A stretch of 64,000 nucleotides of DNA from an uncultured delta proteobacterium (GCA_963699755.1 CAVOVB010000002.1:160001-224000); one strand, 5' to 3'; counted from the first letter of the stretch, positions 47,047 through 57,752 are shown. Made by a program: numbers and translations. The notes: generated by a model not told the origin, from the sequence alone.

Positions 47047-47325
47047 TTACTTGTCGCGGAACACGATCATGCCGTGCGTGAGGTCGTACGGGGATAACGC
47101 CACCGTGACACGGTCACCTAGGATCACGCGGATCCTGAACTTACGCATCCGGCCACAGAGCTGCGCGCGCACCGCAGCGCCGGATTCGGTCGTCACTTCG
47201 AACTGGCCACCAGCGTAGACCTGACTCACCACGCCGTTGAGTTTGATGTGGTCGTCACGCTTGTCTTCCTGTTCGAAATTGCGCTCGAACTTCTTTTTCC
47301 TACCTCTTGGGCTACGTCTCGCCAC
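47047..47325 (-). CDS. infA: Translation initiation factor IF-1 with basic N-terminal extension
   Basis: G.V......F.V......V.A...GRMRKFRIRVILGDRVTVALSPYDLTHGMIVFR; AAGGAG RBS before the GTG. Confidence 0.92.
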   Translation of the reverse strand: MARRSPRGRKKKFERNFEQEDKRDDHIKLNGVVSQVYAGGQFEVTTESGAAVRAQLCGRMRKFRIRVILGDRVTVALSPYDLTHGMIVFRDK

Positions 47326-47545
47326 TCAGTCTCCTTTTTCGTTTCGCCGCAACCTAAGTCTTCTCGAAGCAGCTCGCCAATTTGATTGGTATCTTTATTG
47401 ATACCCATGGCGTACTGAGTTTTGTAGCACCCCCGATGGAAAAGTCAGCCGGAACCCACCGGGTGCGCTCAGCAGTGCCCCCGCCATTGGCGGCAGGTTC
47501 TGAATTGACACCACGCTGGCTTCTGACCACAAGTGGACCGGACCG

Positions 47546-48550
47546 ATGCTCGATCTGCCTCGACTCAAGCGCATCCGGCTCATGAAGCGCCCCATCGGTC
47601 AGGTGTTCTTCGGGCACATGGTCCTCGCGCCGAATTACACGTTCCTCCCTGGCATCGAGATCGAGATCGAGGGAATCGAGAAGATCCCGGACGAGCCGGT
47701 CATCTACGCGATGAACCACACCGACCGGTTCAATTACTTCCCCTTCATGTACAAGATCTGGAAGCTCAAGGAGCGCTACATCACGGTCTGGGTGAAGGGG
47801 AAGTACTATGAAAACCCGATCGTAGCGACCTTCATGGAGCTGACAAGCAACCTTCCGACCACGTCACGCGGGTACATCATCACCAAAGACTTCACCCTGA
47901 CGCTGGGACGGCGGCCGACCGAAGCCGAGTACGAGACCTTGAGGGCGCTCGTGAACAAGGAAGCAACCCCCGGAGAGGACTCGAGCACGGTCGATCTGTC
48001 TACGATTCCGCCCGAGCTCTTCGAGACCCGGCGCAACATCCTCGGCTTGAGCTTCGACCCTCGCGACTGCTCGTATGCGGTCTGCATCAATCGCGTGTTC
48101 ACAGCGATGATGGCCGAGTTCGTGCGGCTCAACGAGCGCTCGTTCGAGCTCGGCCTGGACCTGCTCGTTTTTCCGCAGGGCACGCGCTCGATTCGGCTGC
48201 CGCGAGGACGAATCGGCATGATGGAAATCGCGCTCCGCTACAAAAAGACGATCGTGCCCGTCGGCTGCAACGGCTGTGACCTGGTATACACCGGCTCGCT
48301 GCCGATCGGAAAGGCCGGCACCATCGTTTACCGAATTGGCGATCCTATTCCCTACGAAGAGCTCTCCGAATTTCACATCGACGGGGACTACGCGCCCTTC
48401 TCCGCGGAAGCCGAGCAGCAATATCGCGACAAGTTTCAAGGAGCGGTAGATCTCGTCATGGACCGTATCAATGATCTGCTCGATCCCGAGTACCAATTCA
48501 GCGATGACTTGCAGAGCACCGGTGTTCGCGGAACGTCGCGCTTTCTCTAG
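47546..48550 (+). CDS. Lysophospholipid acyltransferase (PlsC-like)
   Basis: AMNHTDRFN, FPQGTRS and IVPVG. Confidence 0.82.
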   Translation: MLDLPRLKRIRLMKRPIGQVFFGHMVLAPNYTFLPGIEIEIEGIEKIPDEPVIYAMNHTDRFNYFPFMYKIWKLKERYITVWVKGKYYENPIVATFMELTSNLPTTSRGYIITKDFTLTLGRRPTEAEYETLRALVNKEATPGEDSSTVDLSTIPPELFETRRNILGLSFDPRDCSYAVCINRVFTAMMAEFVRLNERSFELGLDLLVFPQGTRSIRLPRGRIGMMEIALRYKKTIVPVGCNGCDLVYTGSLPIGKAGTIVYRIGDPIPYEELSEFHIDGDYAPFSAEAEQQYRDKFQGAVDLVMDRINDLLDPEYQFSDDLQSTGVRGTSRFL

Positions 48551-48594
48551 CTCCGCGGTTGTTTCAATCATCGAATCGGGCTAGACCGGCGCTC

Positions 48595-49932
48595 GTGAAC
48601 GCGCTCCAAGCTTTGAAGGACGCGACGGAGCCGACGCCGGTCGTGGCGATCATCGGAGGAGCTGTCGCAGGGTCGGAGGCCGCAGCCGCCTGCGCCGCGC
48701 GAGGGGCCATCCCCGTCGTGTTCGAGCAGGGCGCGCGACCCTACGGAAAGATCGAAGATGGCCTGCCGCGGTGGCATGAGAAACTGCGCGAGAAGGAGTA
48801 CTCGAAGATCAATGCGAATCTCGGCAACGATTCCGTGATCTTCGTCCCGAAAACGGAGATCGGAGTCGATCTTCGCTGGGACGAGCTTCACGGCGAGCTC
48901 GGGTTCAGCGCAGTCGTGCTCGCGAATGGCGCCTGGCGAGACCGCGCATTGCCGGTCGAAGGCGCCGATTCCTACGAAGGTCGCGGGCTGGTGTACCAAA
49001 ACGAATTCGTATACTGGTTCAATCACTACGACGATGAGGACTATGAAGGGCCGGTCTTCGAGATTCCCGATGACACAATCGTCATCGGCGGCGGTCTCGC
49101 ATCGATCGACGTCGTGAAGATCGTGAATCTAGAGCTCTATGCTCGTGCCCTGCGAGCTCGCGGCATCGACATCGACATTGTCGAGATGGAAATCAAGGGC
49201 ATCGCGCGAACACTCGAGACCCACGGTCTGACCGCAGAGGAGCTCGGCGTGAACGGGTGCGCGCTCTACTATCGCCGCCGAAAAGAAGACATGCCACTGG
49301 CAAGTGCGGACGACCCGACTCCGGAGCAACTTGCCAAGCTCGAGAGGGCGCGTGCCAAGATCATGGACCGGGTCATCCGTAAGTACCTCGTTAAGTTCGA
49401 AGAGCTATCCAGGCCGGTAGACACGATCGTCGAAGGCGACCGATTGGCGGGGATTCGATTTCAGAGGACCGAGGTCGTCGACGGCAGGGTGCATGGCTTG
49501 GAGGGCACCGAGTTCGATGTGCATGCCTCGATGGTGATCAGCTCGATCGGTAGTATCCCAAAGCCCATCGCGGGCATCCCAACGAAGGGCGAGCTCTACC
49601 ACTACGATAGCTGGGACACGGGCGAGGTCCACGGCCTCCCGGGCGTGTTCGGGCTTGGCAACGTCCTGACGGGCAAAGGCAACATCAGAGACAGCCGAGC
49701 CAACGCCATCGAAATCATCGAGAAGGTCGTGGCCGCGTACCTCGGTGTTGGTGGCGAGCCTGAGGAATCGCCTGGCGCCGCCTCGGCGAAGGCCAAGACG
49801 GTTGCCGAACGGGCGGCAACTGGTGATGCAATGTCCGTCGATGCGATGAAGGCGCTCGCCAGGCGAATCGAACGCCGGCATGCGGAGGTCGGTTACCAAG
49901 ACTTCAGCAGCTGGATCACGGCCCACGCCTGA
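48595..49932 (+). CDS. FAD-dependent oxidoreductase (ferredoxin/adrenodoxin reductase-like)
   Basis: IIGGAVAG, PYG....G, VIGGG...IDV, YYRR and VISSIG. Start tentative. Confidence 0.75.
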   Translation: MNALQALKDATEPTPVVAIIGGAVAGSEAAAACAARGAIPVVFEQGARPYGKIEDGLPRWHEKLREKEYSKINANLGNDSVIFVPKTEIGVDLRWDELHGELGFSAVVLANGAWRDRALPVEGADSYEGRGLVYQNEFVYWFNHYDDEDYEGPVFEIPDDTIVIGGGLASIDVVKIVNLELYARALRARGIDIDIVEMEIKGIARTLETHGLTAEELGVNGCALYYRRRKEDMPLASADDPTPEQLAKLERARAKIMDRVIRKYLVKFEELSRPVDTIVEGDRLAGIRFQRTEVVDGRVHGLEGTEFDVHASMVISSIGSIPKPIAGIPTKGELYHYDSWDTGEVHGLPGVFGLGNVLTGKGNIRDSRANAIEIIEKVVAAYLGVGGEPEESPGAASAKAKTVAERAATGDAMSVDAMKALARRIERRHAEVGYQDFSSWITAHA

Positions 49933-50051
49933 CACCAACACCGACGCGGTGCTGGCGCTGCCGCTGGAACTGAAACCGGCACCCACTCCAGTCGCCAAGC
50001 AGTCGTTCTACAGGGTGGCACTACCGTGGACCCTGACGTAAGGTCCGCCCC

Positions 50052-50696
50052 GTGCAAGCACGCCTCATGCCGCTGTGGATCGCGCTGGCTCTGTGTTTCT
50101 TGGCTTCCTCGGCTTCGGCTCAGGAGCGCCGCGTTGCGCTTCGATTTCAAGGAGGGGCCGAGGTCGGCGTCCCGATCTTTTTCAACGTCGACCGTGAGAT
50201 CGTGAAGCCGGGTGCGAGCTTCTCCGGCTGGGCCGGCTTCGATATCGGCTGGGTGGTCTTCGAGTTCGCCCTCGGCCTACAGTGGACCCCGATCGACACC
50301 AACAAGATCCCCGGCGCCCTCGTCCCGACGGGACTCGAGCCGCTGGTGCGTTTGTCCTTCTCGCCCGGCATCCGGTTCCAAGTTCCATTGTTCGACGCGG
50401 TCCTTCCGTACGTCACAGGCGCGTTCGACGCGAACATCTGGAGTTTCGCAGCCCTCGGGCGAACCTGTGCTTGGTACTACTGCCGAAGTGAGAGCCGCGG
50501 ACAATTCGCGCCTGGATTCAGCGGCAAAGCAGGCCTCGGCATTCACCTCAAGGGGTCGCTGTACCTCGATGTTGGATTCCAATATTCGTTCAGCGGTACG
50601 GGCAACTTCTTCGATCGTCGGCAATGGTGGGCGGAACCGTTCGTCGGCTTCATCTACCGAGGCGACTCAGACCGCTTCGGCGGCACGGGGTATTGA
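50052..50696 (+). CDS. Outer-membrane beta-barrel domain protein
   Basis: Signal peptide ending ASA-Q and about eight amphipathic strands (PYVTG, GKAGLG, LYLDVGFQY). Confidence 0.65.
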   Translation: MQARLMPLWIALALCFLASSASAQERRVALRFQGGAEVGVPIFFNVDREIVKPGASFSGWAGFDIGWVVFEFALGLQWTPIDTNKIPGALVPTGLEPLVRLSFSPGIRFQVPLFDAVLPYVTGAFDANIWSFAALGRTCAWYYCRSESRGQFAPGFSGKAGLGIHLKGSLYLDVGFQYSFSGTGNFFDRRQWWAEPFVGFIYRGDSDRFGGTGY

Positions 50697-52274
50697 TTAC
50701 CACCAACAGATCACGACTACGAGGGTAATCACCGCGAGCGCCACCGCCTGCACGCGATAGTCCCGGTACCACGCCTCGCCGGGTTCGGGGGCTGCATCTG
50801 CTAGATGCCAAACTCGAGCGTCGACTTTGACGGCCGGAGGCGCGGGCGTCACCAAGCTAGCCGCTGAGACCAGAGCCAAGCCCAGCACGAACATCAACAC
50901 TGCGGCGTACAAATACTGAAGCTCGAATAGGGACAAAAGCTCGACCGCGACCCAGGCCAGGAGCCCCAAGGGTACGCCCACGACCAAGCCCGCCAGCGCA
51001 CCCGCGTTGTTGGCGCGACGCCAGAACAGGCCGAGCAAAAAGACCGCGACGACGGGCGGCGTGAGATAGGACAGAATCGACTGCAGGTACTGCCACAGCG
51101 TAGGGAAGCGCGAGATCTGCGGCGTCCAGACGACAGCAAAGACCATGAAGACCAAGATGGCGCCGCGGCCCCAGCGCGCGAGTTGCTGGCTGTCCATGTC
51201 GGGGCGAGCCGTCTGAACGAAGTCCATGGTAAACAAGGTCGAAGCCGAGTGAAGAATGGCTTCGAGGCTCGACAGCATCGCTGCAGCGAGGACCGCGAGC
51301 ATGAAGCCCCTCAGGCCAAAGGGCAGAAGGTCAAAAGCCAGCATCGGGAATACCAAGTCGGGGTTCTCGAGGTCGGGGTACAGCACGGTCGCGAAGACGC
51401 CGGGCAAGATTAAGACGAAGAGGTTGGGCAGCTTGAGCAGCCCCGCAAACAGGGCGCCCCAGCGCCCGTCGTTCAAGGTTTGAGCGCCGAGAGCGCGTTG
51501 GATGATGAACTGGTTGGTGCACCAGAAATACATGCCGACGATGAACACGCCTAGGATTCCGGGCCAAGGCATGACGGGGTCGCTGGCCGGCTGCATGAGG
51601 CTCAACGCACCGGGCTTCGAGGCCTCGACGACCGCATCCCAGGATGGAACCGCTTGCCAGGCGAGCGCGGAAATCGCGATGCCGCCGCCGAGGATCAGGA
51701 GCGCCTGCAGCGCATCGTTGGCGACGACCGCGCCGAGTCCGCCAAACGCGATGTAGACGCCAGCCGCCAGCGCAGCCACCGTGATCGTGATCCATATCGA
51801 CACCCCGGGGAGAAGCGTCTTGAGAACCATCGCGCCCGCATACAGTGATCCGGGCGCGTCGACTAACATGCTCGTGACGAGAAGCATCGCTGAGAACGCG
51901 AGTCTGGAGCCACGTCCGAAGCGTTGCTCGAGATATTGCGGAGCCGTGTAGATGCGCGCACGTAGGAACACCGGAAGGAAGAACATCGCGAACAGGATTA
52001 AGACGAGAGCCGGCATCCACTCGTAGTGAAAGACGCTGATGCCAGTGTGGTAACCAGCGCCAGGCAAACCAACGAAGCTGCTGCCTCCCATGTTGGCCAC
52101 GTAGAAAGAGAGCCCGATGATGGGCCAGCGCATGCGATGGCCTGCGAGAAAGAACCCTTCGGCGCCCTCCCCGCGCGTCTGCCTCGCGAAGAACCAACCG
52201 AAGGCTACGCGTGTGAACACGAGATAGCCGATGAGGATCGTCAAGTCCCACGCGCTTACCTCGAGCTCCGGCAT
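50697..52274 (-). CDS. Sodium:solute symporter (SSS/SLC5 family)
   Basis: FFLAG, YLEQRF, GGL.AV..D..Q, WCTNQFIIQRAL and AAMLSSL. Confidence 0.92.
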   Translation of the reverse strand: MPELEVSAWDLTILIGYLVFTRVAFGWFFARQTRGEGAEGFFLAGHRMRWPIIGLSFYVANMGGSSFVGLPGAGYHTGISVFHYEWMPALVLILFAMFFLPVFLRARIYTAPQYLEQRFGRGSRLAFSAMLLVTSMLVDAPGSLYAGAMVLKTLLPGVSIWITITVAALAAGVYIAFGGLGAVVANDALQALLILGGGIAISALAWQAVPSWDAVVEASKPGALSLMQPASDPVMPWPGILGVFIVGMYFWCTNQFIIQRALGAQTLNDGRWGALFAGLLKLPNLFVLILPGVFATVLYPDLENPDLVFPMLAFDLLPFGLRGFMLAVLAAAMLSSLEAILHSASTLFTMDFVQTARPDMDSQQLARWGRGAILVFMVFAVVWTPQISRFPTLWQYLQSILSYLTPPVVAVFLLGLFWRRANNAGALAGLVVGVPLGLLAWVAVELLSLFELQYLYAAVLMFVLGLALVSAASLVTPAPPAVKVDARVWHLADAAPEPGEAWYRDYRVQAVALAVITLVVVICWW

Positions 52275-52290
52275 CGTGCTGGGTCTTCTG

Positions 52291-52680
52291 TCAGCCGGCC
52301 ACCGGCAGGAGAGCCCATAGGATGGCTGCACCGAATGCGACGGCAATGAGCGAGTTGAATCGCATCGCGGTCGGAGAGAGACCGGTCCACCAGTCGATCA
52401 AGCGCTTGAAGCGCTCGACGCCCATGAACGGAAGAACGACGGCAGCGAGCAAGGCAACGACGGCCAGCACCTGAAGCAGGAGCGGTGCGCGCGAAGCCGG
52501 GGCGGCAAACCAAAGCGCAAGTCCAAACGCGAGCCGAATGGCCGCCGAGACCCAGAGGCCGCCTTTCGAAGCGAAACGAGTCACGAAGTCGGCGAGGCGT
52601 GAAGGCACAAGAACGCCCCAGACGCCCATTAGAAGGGTGAAGACCCCCAGCAAGCCCGAGATCTCGACAGCGAACGGCAT
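52291..52680 (-). CDS. Small four-TM membrane protein
   Basis: Four hydrophobic segments; no recognised motif. Confidence 0.7.
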   Translation of the reverse strand: MPFAVEISGLLGVFTLLMGVWGVLVPSRLADFVTRFASKGGLWVSAAIRLAFGLALWFAAPASRAPLLLQVLAVVALLAAVVLPFMGVERFKRLIDWWTGLSPTAMRFNSLIAVAFGAAILWALLPVAG

Positions 52681-52681
52681 G

Positions 52682-53104
52682 CTAGACGCGCTCCTCTTCC
52701 ACTCCCGGGAACATATCAGAAGCGGGTTCGTACATGGGAAGCGACTGCTCGATCAGATCTGCGGCGCGCGCAACCGCGTGCATCGACACCTCGATATCGG
52801 TGAGATGCAGGTGGTCCGCCATGACCGTGTGACGAACGACGTAGACGTCACCATCCAAACACAAAGAGCCAACGGCCAAGTTGAAGCTTTGCTGAAGCGC
52901 GGATTCCGGGTCGATGCGATCGATGGGACAACAGGCCGATGAAAAGTCCACCCAGGAACGGCCCATCGCGTGATAGTGAGATACGATCACGGCTTGCAGA
53001 CGGTTGCCAGCATATGCGAACACGACCTTGAAGCCGTGGTCGTGCTCTTCAGCCAGCTTGTAGCTGGACCTCGCGTGATCCTTGATGTCAGTCCACGTCG
53101 GCAC
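52682..53104 (-). CDS. Hypothetical protein, possibly YbjN/CesT-like chaperone fold
   Basis: Compact alpha/beta pattern ending VARAADLIE. The GTG start at 53104 is tentative. Confidence 0.55.
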   Translation of the reverse strand: MPTWTDIKDHARSSYKLAEEHDHGFKVVFAYAGNRLQAVIVSHYHAMGRSWVDFSSACCPIDRIDPESALQQSFNLAVGSLCLDGDVYVVRHTVMADHLHLTDIEVSMHAVARAADLIEQSLPMYEPASDMFPGVEEERV

Positions 53105-53180
53105 GGGTCGGTCCTTGTACCACAGGGATCGGAAAAAAAAACGTCTCGAATCTGGGTTTGGAGCGCGTACACTTCCCGAC

Positions 53181-54968
53181 ATGTTCTCGCGGCTCGCTTC
53201 ACCATCATGGCGATCTTCGGTGCTCGCGGAAATTCGCTTGGGACCCAAAGCATTGAAGGGGACGGTTCCTTGGTTGCTCCGCACGCAGCTGAGCCAGATC
53301 GACAGCCTTCTTCATGTAGCCCTGAAGAATGCCCAGGACGCGCCCCATGACCTCGCCTACGAGATGGCGAACGAGCATCTGACCTGGTCCGAGCTTGCGA
53401 ATGCGAGCTCCCGGGTCGCTCATGTGCTGGCAGCTGCGGGCGTGAGGCCAGGGGAAGCGGTCGCGCTTCTCGCAGAAAACTCCCCTTTCTACATCGCCTC
53501 GGTTCTCGGCATTTCGCGGATCGGTGCCACCGCCGCCTTGGTGAACACCAACCTGGGCGGGCGCCCGCTCTCGCACGCGATCGAGGTGTCCAGAGCGAGG
53601 GTGGTTCTCGTGAGCCACACGCTCGAATCGGGGCTTCGCCAGTGCGAAGAGCTATGCCGGTCGCTCGATCGCGTTCTCGTGTTCGATGACAATCCCTACG
53701 CTGGCCTTCTTGCCAATACACCGGCCACGGCTTACCCACCCGCCCCGGTCAAGGCCGAAGACGATTTCGTCTACATCTACACCTCGGGAACGACCGGGCT
53801 TCCCAAGCCTTGCCGCGTGTCCCACGCACGCGCGATTCTGGCTGGCGCAGGGTTCGGGCCGCTCATGTACGACTTTGGTCCCGGCGACAAGCTCTATTGC
53901 GTGCTTCCACTGTATCATGCGAACGGGCTCCTCCTCGGCGCTGCGGCGGCGATGATCGCGCGCGTTCCAATGGCCATGCGCCGCTCCTTCAGTGCGAGCG
54001 CGTTCTGGGACGACGTTCATCGATATAAGGCGACGGCGATTCTCTACATCGGTGAGCTCTGCCGGTACCTGGTCAACTCGCCTCCTCATCCGAGGGAGCT
54101 GCCCAACCCGGTTCGGGTCGCCGTCGGCAACGGGCTTCGCCCGGACATCTGGCCGAGGTTCAAGGCGCGATTCGGCATCGAGAATATCCGTGAGTTCTAC
54201 GGTGCGACCGAAGCACCAGGCTTCATCGCCAACATCAGCGGCCGCGAAGGGTCGGTCGGCCGCGTCCCTCTAGGCGGGCTCGCGGGCTGGTTGCGGCTCG
54301 TCCAGTACGACATCGACCTCGATCAACATCTACGCGACAAGAAGGGCTTCTGCATTCCTTGCCGCGATGGCGAGGCCGGCGAGCTTCTCATTCGTGTTTC
54401 GAAGTTCGCGAAAGGCGGGCTCGAGTACCGTGGCTACACCGACGAAGCAGCAACCCAAAAGAAGCTCCTGAGCAACGTCTTCAAGAAGGGAGACCGGTAC
54501 TTTCGCTCGGGCGATCTTCTTCGTCGCGATGCAGACGGCTTCTACTACTTCGTGGATCGCATCGGTGACACGTTTCGGTGGAAGGGTGAGAATGTGTCTA
54601 CCGCCGAGGTTGCAGACGTCATCACGCACAACGACGGCATCGACGAAGCAACCGTCATTGGCGTGCCGGTTCCGAACATGGAGGGTCAAGCGGGGCTCGC
54701 CGCGGTGGTTCCATCAGGAGAGTTCGATCCAGACCGGTTTTGGCGCGCGGTGTCCGATCTGCCCCCGTATGCGCAACCGCGATTCGTCCGCGTCATGGGT
54801 GGCCTCGCGAAGACGGGGACATTCAAGATTCAGAAGAACGATTTGAGAAAAGAAGGCGTCAACCCGGCAACGGTCGAGGATCCCGTCTACGTTCGCACCA
54901 ACACAGGTTACGAGCTGCTCACCGAGGAGCGTTGGGGTGACATCAAAGAGGGGCGCTTGAAGCTCTGA
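53181..54968 (+). CDS. Long/very-long-chain acyl-CoA synthetase (FATP/FadD6-like)
   Basis: YIYTSGTTGLPK, YIGELCRYL, EFYGATE and DRIGDTFRWKGENVST. Confidence 0.94.
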   Translation: MFSRLASPSWRSSVLAEIRLGPKALKGTVPWLLRTQLSQIDSLLHVALKNAQDAPHDLAYEMANEHLTWSELANASSRVAHVLAAAGVRPGEAVALLAENSPFYIASVLGISRIGATAALVNTNLGGRPLSHAIEVSRARVVLVSHTLESGLRQCEELCRSLDRVLVFDDNPYAGLLANTPATAYPPAPVKAEDDFVYIYTSGTTGLPKPCRVSHARAILAGAGFGPLMYDFGPGDKLYCVLPLYHANGLLLGAAAAMIARVPMAMRRSFSASAFWDDVHRYKATAILYIGELCRYLVNSPPHPRELPNPVRVAVGNGLRPDIWPRFKARFGIENIREFYGATEAPGFIANISGREGSVGRVPLGGLAGWLRLVQYDIDLDQHLRDKKGFCIPCRDGEAGELLIRVSKFAKGGLEYRGYTDEAATQKKLLSNVFKKGDRYFRSGDLLRRDADGFYYFVDRIGDTFRWKGENVSTAEVADVITHNDGIDEATVIGVPVPNMEGQAGLAAVVPSGEFDPDRFWRAVSDLPPYAQPRFVRVMGGLAKTGTFKIQKNDLRKEGVNPATVEDPVYVRTNTGYELLTEERWGDIKEGRLKL

Positions 54969-55408
54969 TGCCTAAGATGACACCCGAGGAGATCGAGCGC
55001 TTCATGGAGAAGGCATTCCCTCAGGCTCGACTGCCTGTGGAGATCGAGGAGCTGCGCGATGGCTTCCTGCGAATTCGGGCAGGAGTGACGGACCGATCTC
55101 TGCGCCCGGGCGGCACCGTTTCGGGGCCCACCTTGATGACGATCGCAGACACGGCGATGTACAATCTATTGCTCGGGATGATCGGTCCGGTCAGCCTCGC
55201 GCTGACAACCAGTCTGAACATCAACTTCCTTCGCGCACCGAAGCACGCAGACCTAATCGCCGAAGCCGAGATGCTCAAGCTCGGCAAGCGGCTCGCAATC
55301 GGCCAAGTCACGATCTACTCGGACGGTAGCGATGACCCAGTCGCCCATGCCACCGTGACCTATTCGATCCCGCCCGATGCTAGTCGCTCTTCAAAGCCAT
55401 TTGAATGA
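54968..55408 (+). CDS. PaaI family thioesterase
   Basis: RPGGTVSGP..M..AD and TTSLNINFLR. Confidence 0.9.
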   Translation: MPKMTPEEIERFMEKAFPQARLPVEIEELRDGFLRIRAGVTDRSLRPGGTVSGPTLMTIADTAMYNLLLGMIGPVSLALTTSLNINFLRAPKHADLIAEAEMLKLGKRLAIGQVTIYSDGSDDPVAHATVTYSIPPDASRSSKPFE

Positions 55409-55964
55409 CGGCAAGATCCTCCGGCGCGAAATCGAGTTTCAGCGCCGCTTCGTGCGCCTTGTCCGTCATTTTGTTCCAGGTTTTTCGAACGATGGGAACT
55501 AGCTTCTCGTCTTCGTGCTTCTTCGCGAATTCGTGGAAGTAGTGCTCGAGGAAAACAAGACAGATGATGTCTTCCATGAGCTGAACGTCGGGGTCGGTCT
55601 TGAGGCCGCGCTTCCGGAGGAGCGTCTTCACCCGTTCGATTGCCTCGGCATCATAGCCGACGTCTTCCATGATGGCGCCCGCGATATCGCCATGCCGCTT
55701 GTAGAGGTCGGTCCGCCATTTGAGATACCCTCCCCTGCCCTTCGGATAGCTATCCCGCGGTACCTCCCAGCGGCGAATGTGCTGGGCGCGGGCGGCGAGC
55801 TGTACGCTTTCGGGCGCGTCCGGTGCAAAGGCATTGAGCCGTGCAGACATGCGCCGCCCATAGACGAGCTCCTTCGGGGCCTCCTGACCGTCGACGATCT
55901 CGCGATTGGGATCTTCCGCATTGGCCTCGTCGAATAGGCGCATCGCCGCTTCCAGGCGCGACAT
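55380..55964 (-). CDS. DUF4202 domain-containing protein
   Basis: D.AN.EDP, AARAQHIRRW..PR..YP.GR.GY..WR and EDIICLVFL. Confidence 0.85.
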   Translation of the reverse strand: MSRLEAAMRLFDEANAEDPNREIVDGQEAPKELVYGRRMSARLNAFAPDAPESVQLAARAQHIRRWEVPRDSYPKGRGGYLKWRTDLYKRHGDIAGAIMEDVGYDAEAIERVKTLLRKRGLKTDPDVQLMEDIICLVFLEHYFHEFAKKHEDEKLVPIVRKTWNKMTDKAHEAALKLDFAPEDLAVIQMALKSD

Positions 55965-56034
55965 GCCGCGAGTCTACCACGGTGGCGCTCGCGCTGCGTG
56001 ACACTGCGGGCGATTGCCCTATAAACTAGTGCCA

Positions 56035-57156
56035 ATGTCCCCCTTCCGCCGTCGAGTCCACGGTCTGCGTCGCGAGCGCATTCATGCCTCTCCCCGCTTC
56101 CGCGACGGAGTGTTCCGCAACACCTCAGGCGTCGGCCCCGACCTCACGAAGGGCTCGACCTTGCCCGTCATGCGGGAATTCCTGTTCGGAGGCCGTCGTC
56201 GGGTTCCGGTAGCGCCACTCCCGTCGGTGAGCCCGCTCGAGGTCTGGGCCAAGCCCGTCGAAACCGGACTGCGAGCAACCTGGCTCGGCCATTCTACCCT
56301 TCTGCTCGAAATCGACGGCGTGCGCGTGCTCACCGATCCGGTCTGGAGTCGGCGTGTGTCTCCAAGCCCTCTTTTCGGCCCCAAGCGCTTTCAGCCCGTC
56401 CCGGTCCCGATCTCCCAGCTTCCCGCGCTCGATGCGGTGATCATATCGCACGACCACTACGATCATCTCGACTACCCGAGCATCGTCGAGCTGATTCGCC
56501 ACGAGGTTCCTTTCTACACATCTCTCGGCGTCGGCGCACACCTCGAGGCCTGGGGCGTGCCGGCCGACCGCATCACCGAGCTCGATTGGTGGGAGGGCGC
56601 CGAGCTTCCGAACAACGACTTTCGGATCACTGCTGCGCCCTCCCAACACTTCTCGGGCCGCGCTGCAGGCGATCGCAACCGAACGCTCTGGTCTTCCTTC
56701 GCGCTGCACGGTCCGCAACATCGCGCTTTCTTCAGCGGCGACAGCGGCCTCACTCCGGAATACCGAGAAATCGCGCGGCGCTTGGGCCCCTTCGACCTGG
56801 TGATGCTCGAGGTTGGCGCTTTCCATCCGGCCTGGGGCCACATCCACCTCGGTCCGGACAACGCGCTCGAGGCTTTGAGGCTGCTCGGCGGAGGTAGCTT
56901 CTTGCCGGTGCACTGGGGAACCTTCGACCTGGCGATTCATGACTGGGATCAACCCGCAGAGCGACTGATCGAGATCGCACCGAGCCTAGACACGCACTTG
57001 CTGATGCCGATGCTCGGCGCTCCCATCGAACCGTCGCGGGTGGAAGAAGTCGAAACCTGGTGGCGCACGATCTCCGCGCTCGAACGACATGGGACCCCGG
57101 AAGCTGCAGACCTTGCTCCGGAGCGCCTGGTGCCCATCGGCGACCCAATCGACTAA
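56035..57156 (+). CDS. MBL-fold metallohydrolase (NAPE-PLD/RomA-like)
   Basis: TWLGHS, ISHDHYDHLD, FSGDSG and PVHWGTF. Confidence 0.9.
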   Translation: MSPFRRRVHGLRRERIHASPRFRDGVFRNTSGVGPDLTKGSTLPVMREFLFGGRRRVPVAPLPSVSPLEVWAKPVETGLRATWLGHSTLLLEIDGVRVLTDPVWSRRVSPSPLFGPKRFQPVPVPISQLPALDAVIISHDHYDHLDYPSIVELIRHEVPFYTSLGVGAHLEAWGVPADRITELDWWEGAELPNNDFRITAAPSQHFSGRAAGDRNRTLWSSFALHGPQHRAFFSGDSGLTPEYREIARRLGPFDLVMLEVGAFHPAWGHIHLGPDNALEALRLLGGGSFLPVHWGTFDLAIHDWDQPAERLIEIAPSLDTHLLMPMLGAPIEPSRVEEVETWWRTISALERHGTPEAADLAPERLVPIGDPID

Positions 57157-57173
57157 GTCGAGGACCCTGCTGC

Positions 57174-57752
57174 TTAGGTTCCAGCTTCGCGGGCAGCGCT
57201 GCGTGCTGCACCACAGACCGATGCCACCGCGGACCCGCCGAACACCATTTGAATGCCAGCAAGTGTGCCGACCGCCCAAATCCCCGAAACTGGGAACTGG
57301 CGCCAAATCATGATGCCGAGCGCAAGCGAGACGACGCCGCTTAACAGCGACCAGCCCCAACCTTTGATCGGGCGAAGCCGAAACGCCCAGATGATCTGAA
57401 AGACACCGTCGACTGCGAAATAGACCGCCAGGACCAACGTCAGCGTCGCGAGTGCCATCCCAGGGCGCAAGACCATGTAGCCACCGATCACGATCGAGAG
57501 CAGCCCCAAGAGGAATACCAGCAGCCCGTGGCCGAACGAGCCCATCTTGAACGCGAGAAAGAGCCGCGAGACGCCCGATACCACGATGAGCACGCCGACG
57601 GCAATCGCGATCGAAAGCCCCGCGACCAGTGGTGAGAGCAGCGCCAAGATGCCGGCGACGACGACGAGGATGCCCACTGCAATCCCGATCCCAGCGTGCC
57701 GCTTGATCGTACCCAGCATTTCTTGATCTACAGCTAGAATCCCGTTCGTCAT
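57174..57752 (-). CDS. HdeD/DUF308 family membrane protein
   Basis: About six TM segments with GW.W.L.SG and P....W..G...GI. Confidence 0.82.
   Translation of the reverse strand: MTNGILAVDQEMLGTIKRHAGIGIAVGILVVVAGILALLSPLVAGLSIAIAVGVLIVVSGVSRLFLAFKMGSFGHGLLVFLLGLLSIVIGGYMVLRPGMALATLTLVLAVYFAVDGVFQIIWAFRLRPIKGWGWSLLSGVVSLALGIMIWRQFPVSGIWAVGTLAGIQMVFGGSAVASVCGAARSAAREAGT

Noticed and set aside
47226..47408. 60-aa ORF upstream of and overlapping infA as a leader peptide
   Set aside because: No RBS or recognisable features and it overlaps infA out of frame; more simply read as 5' UTR.
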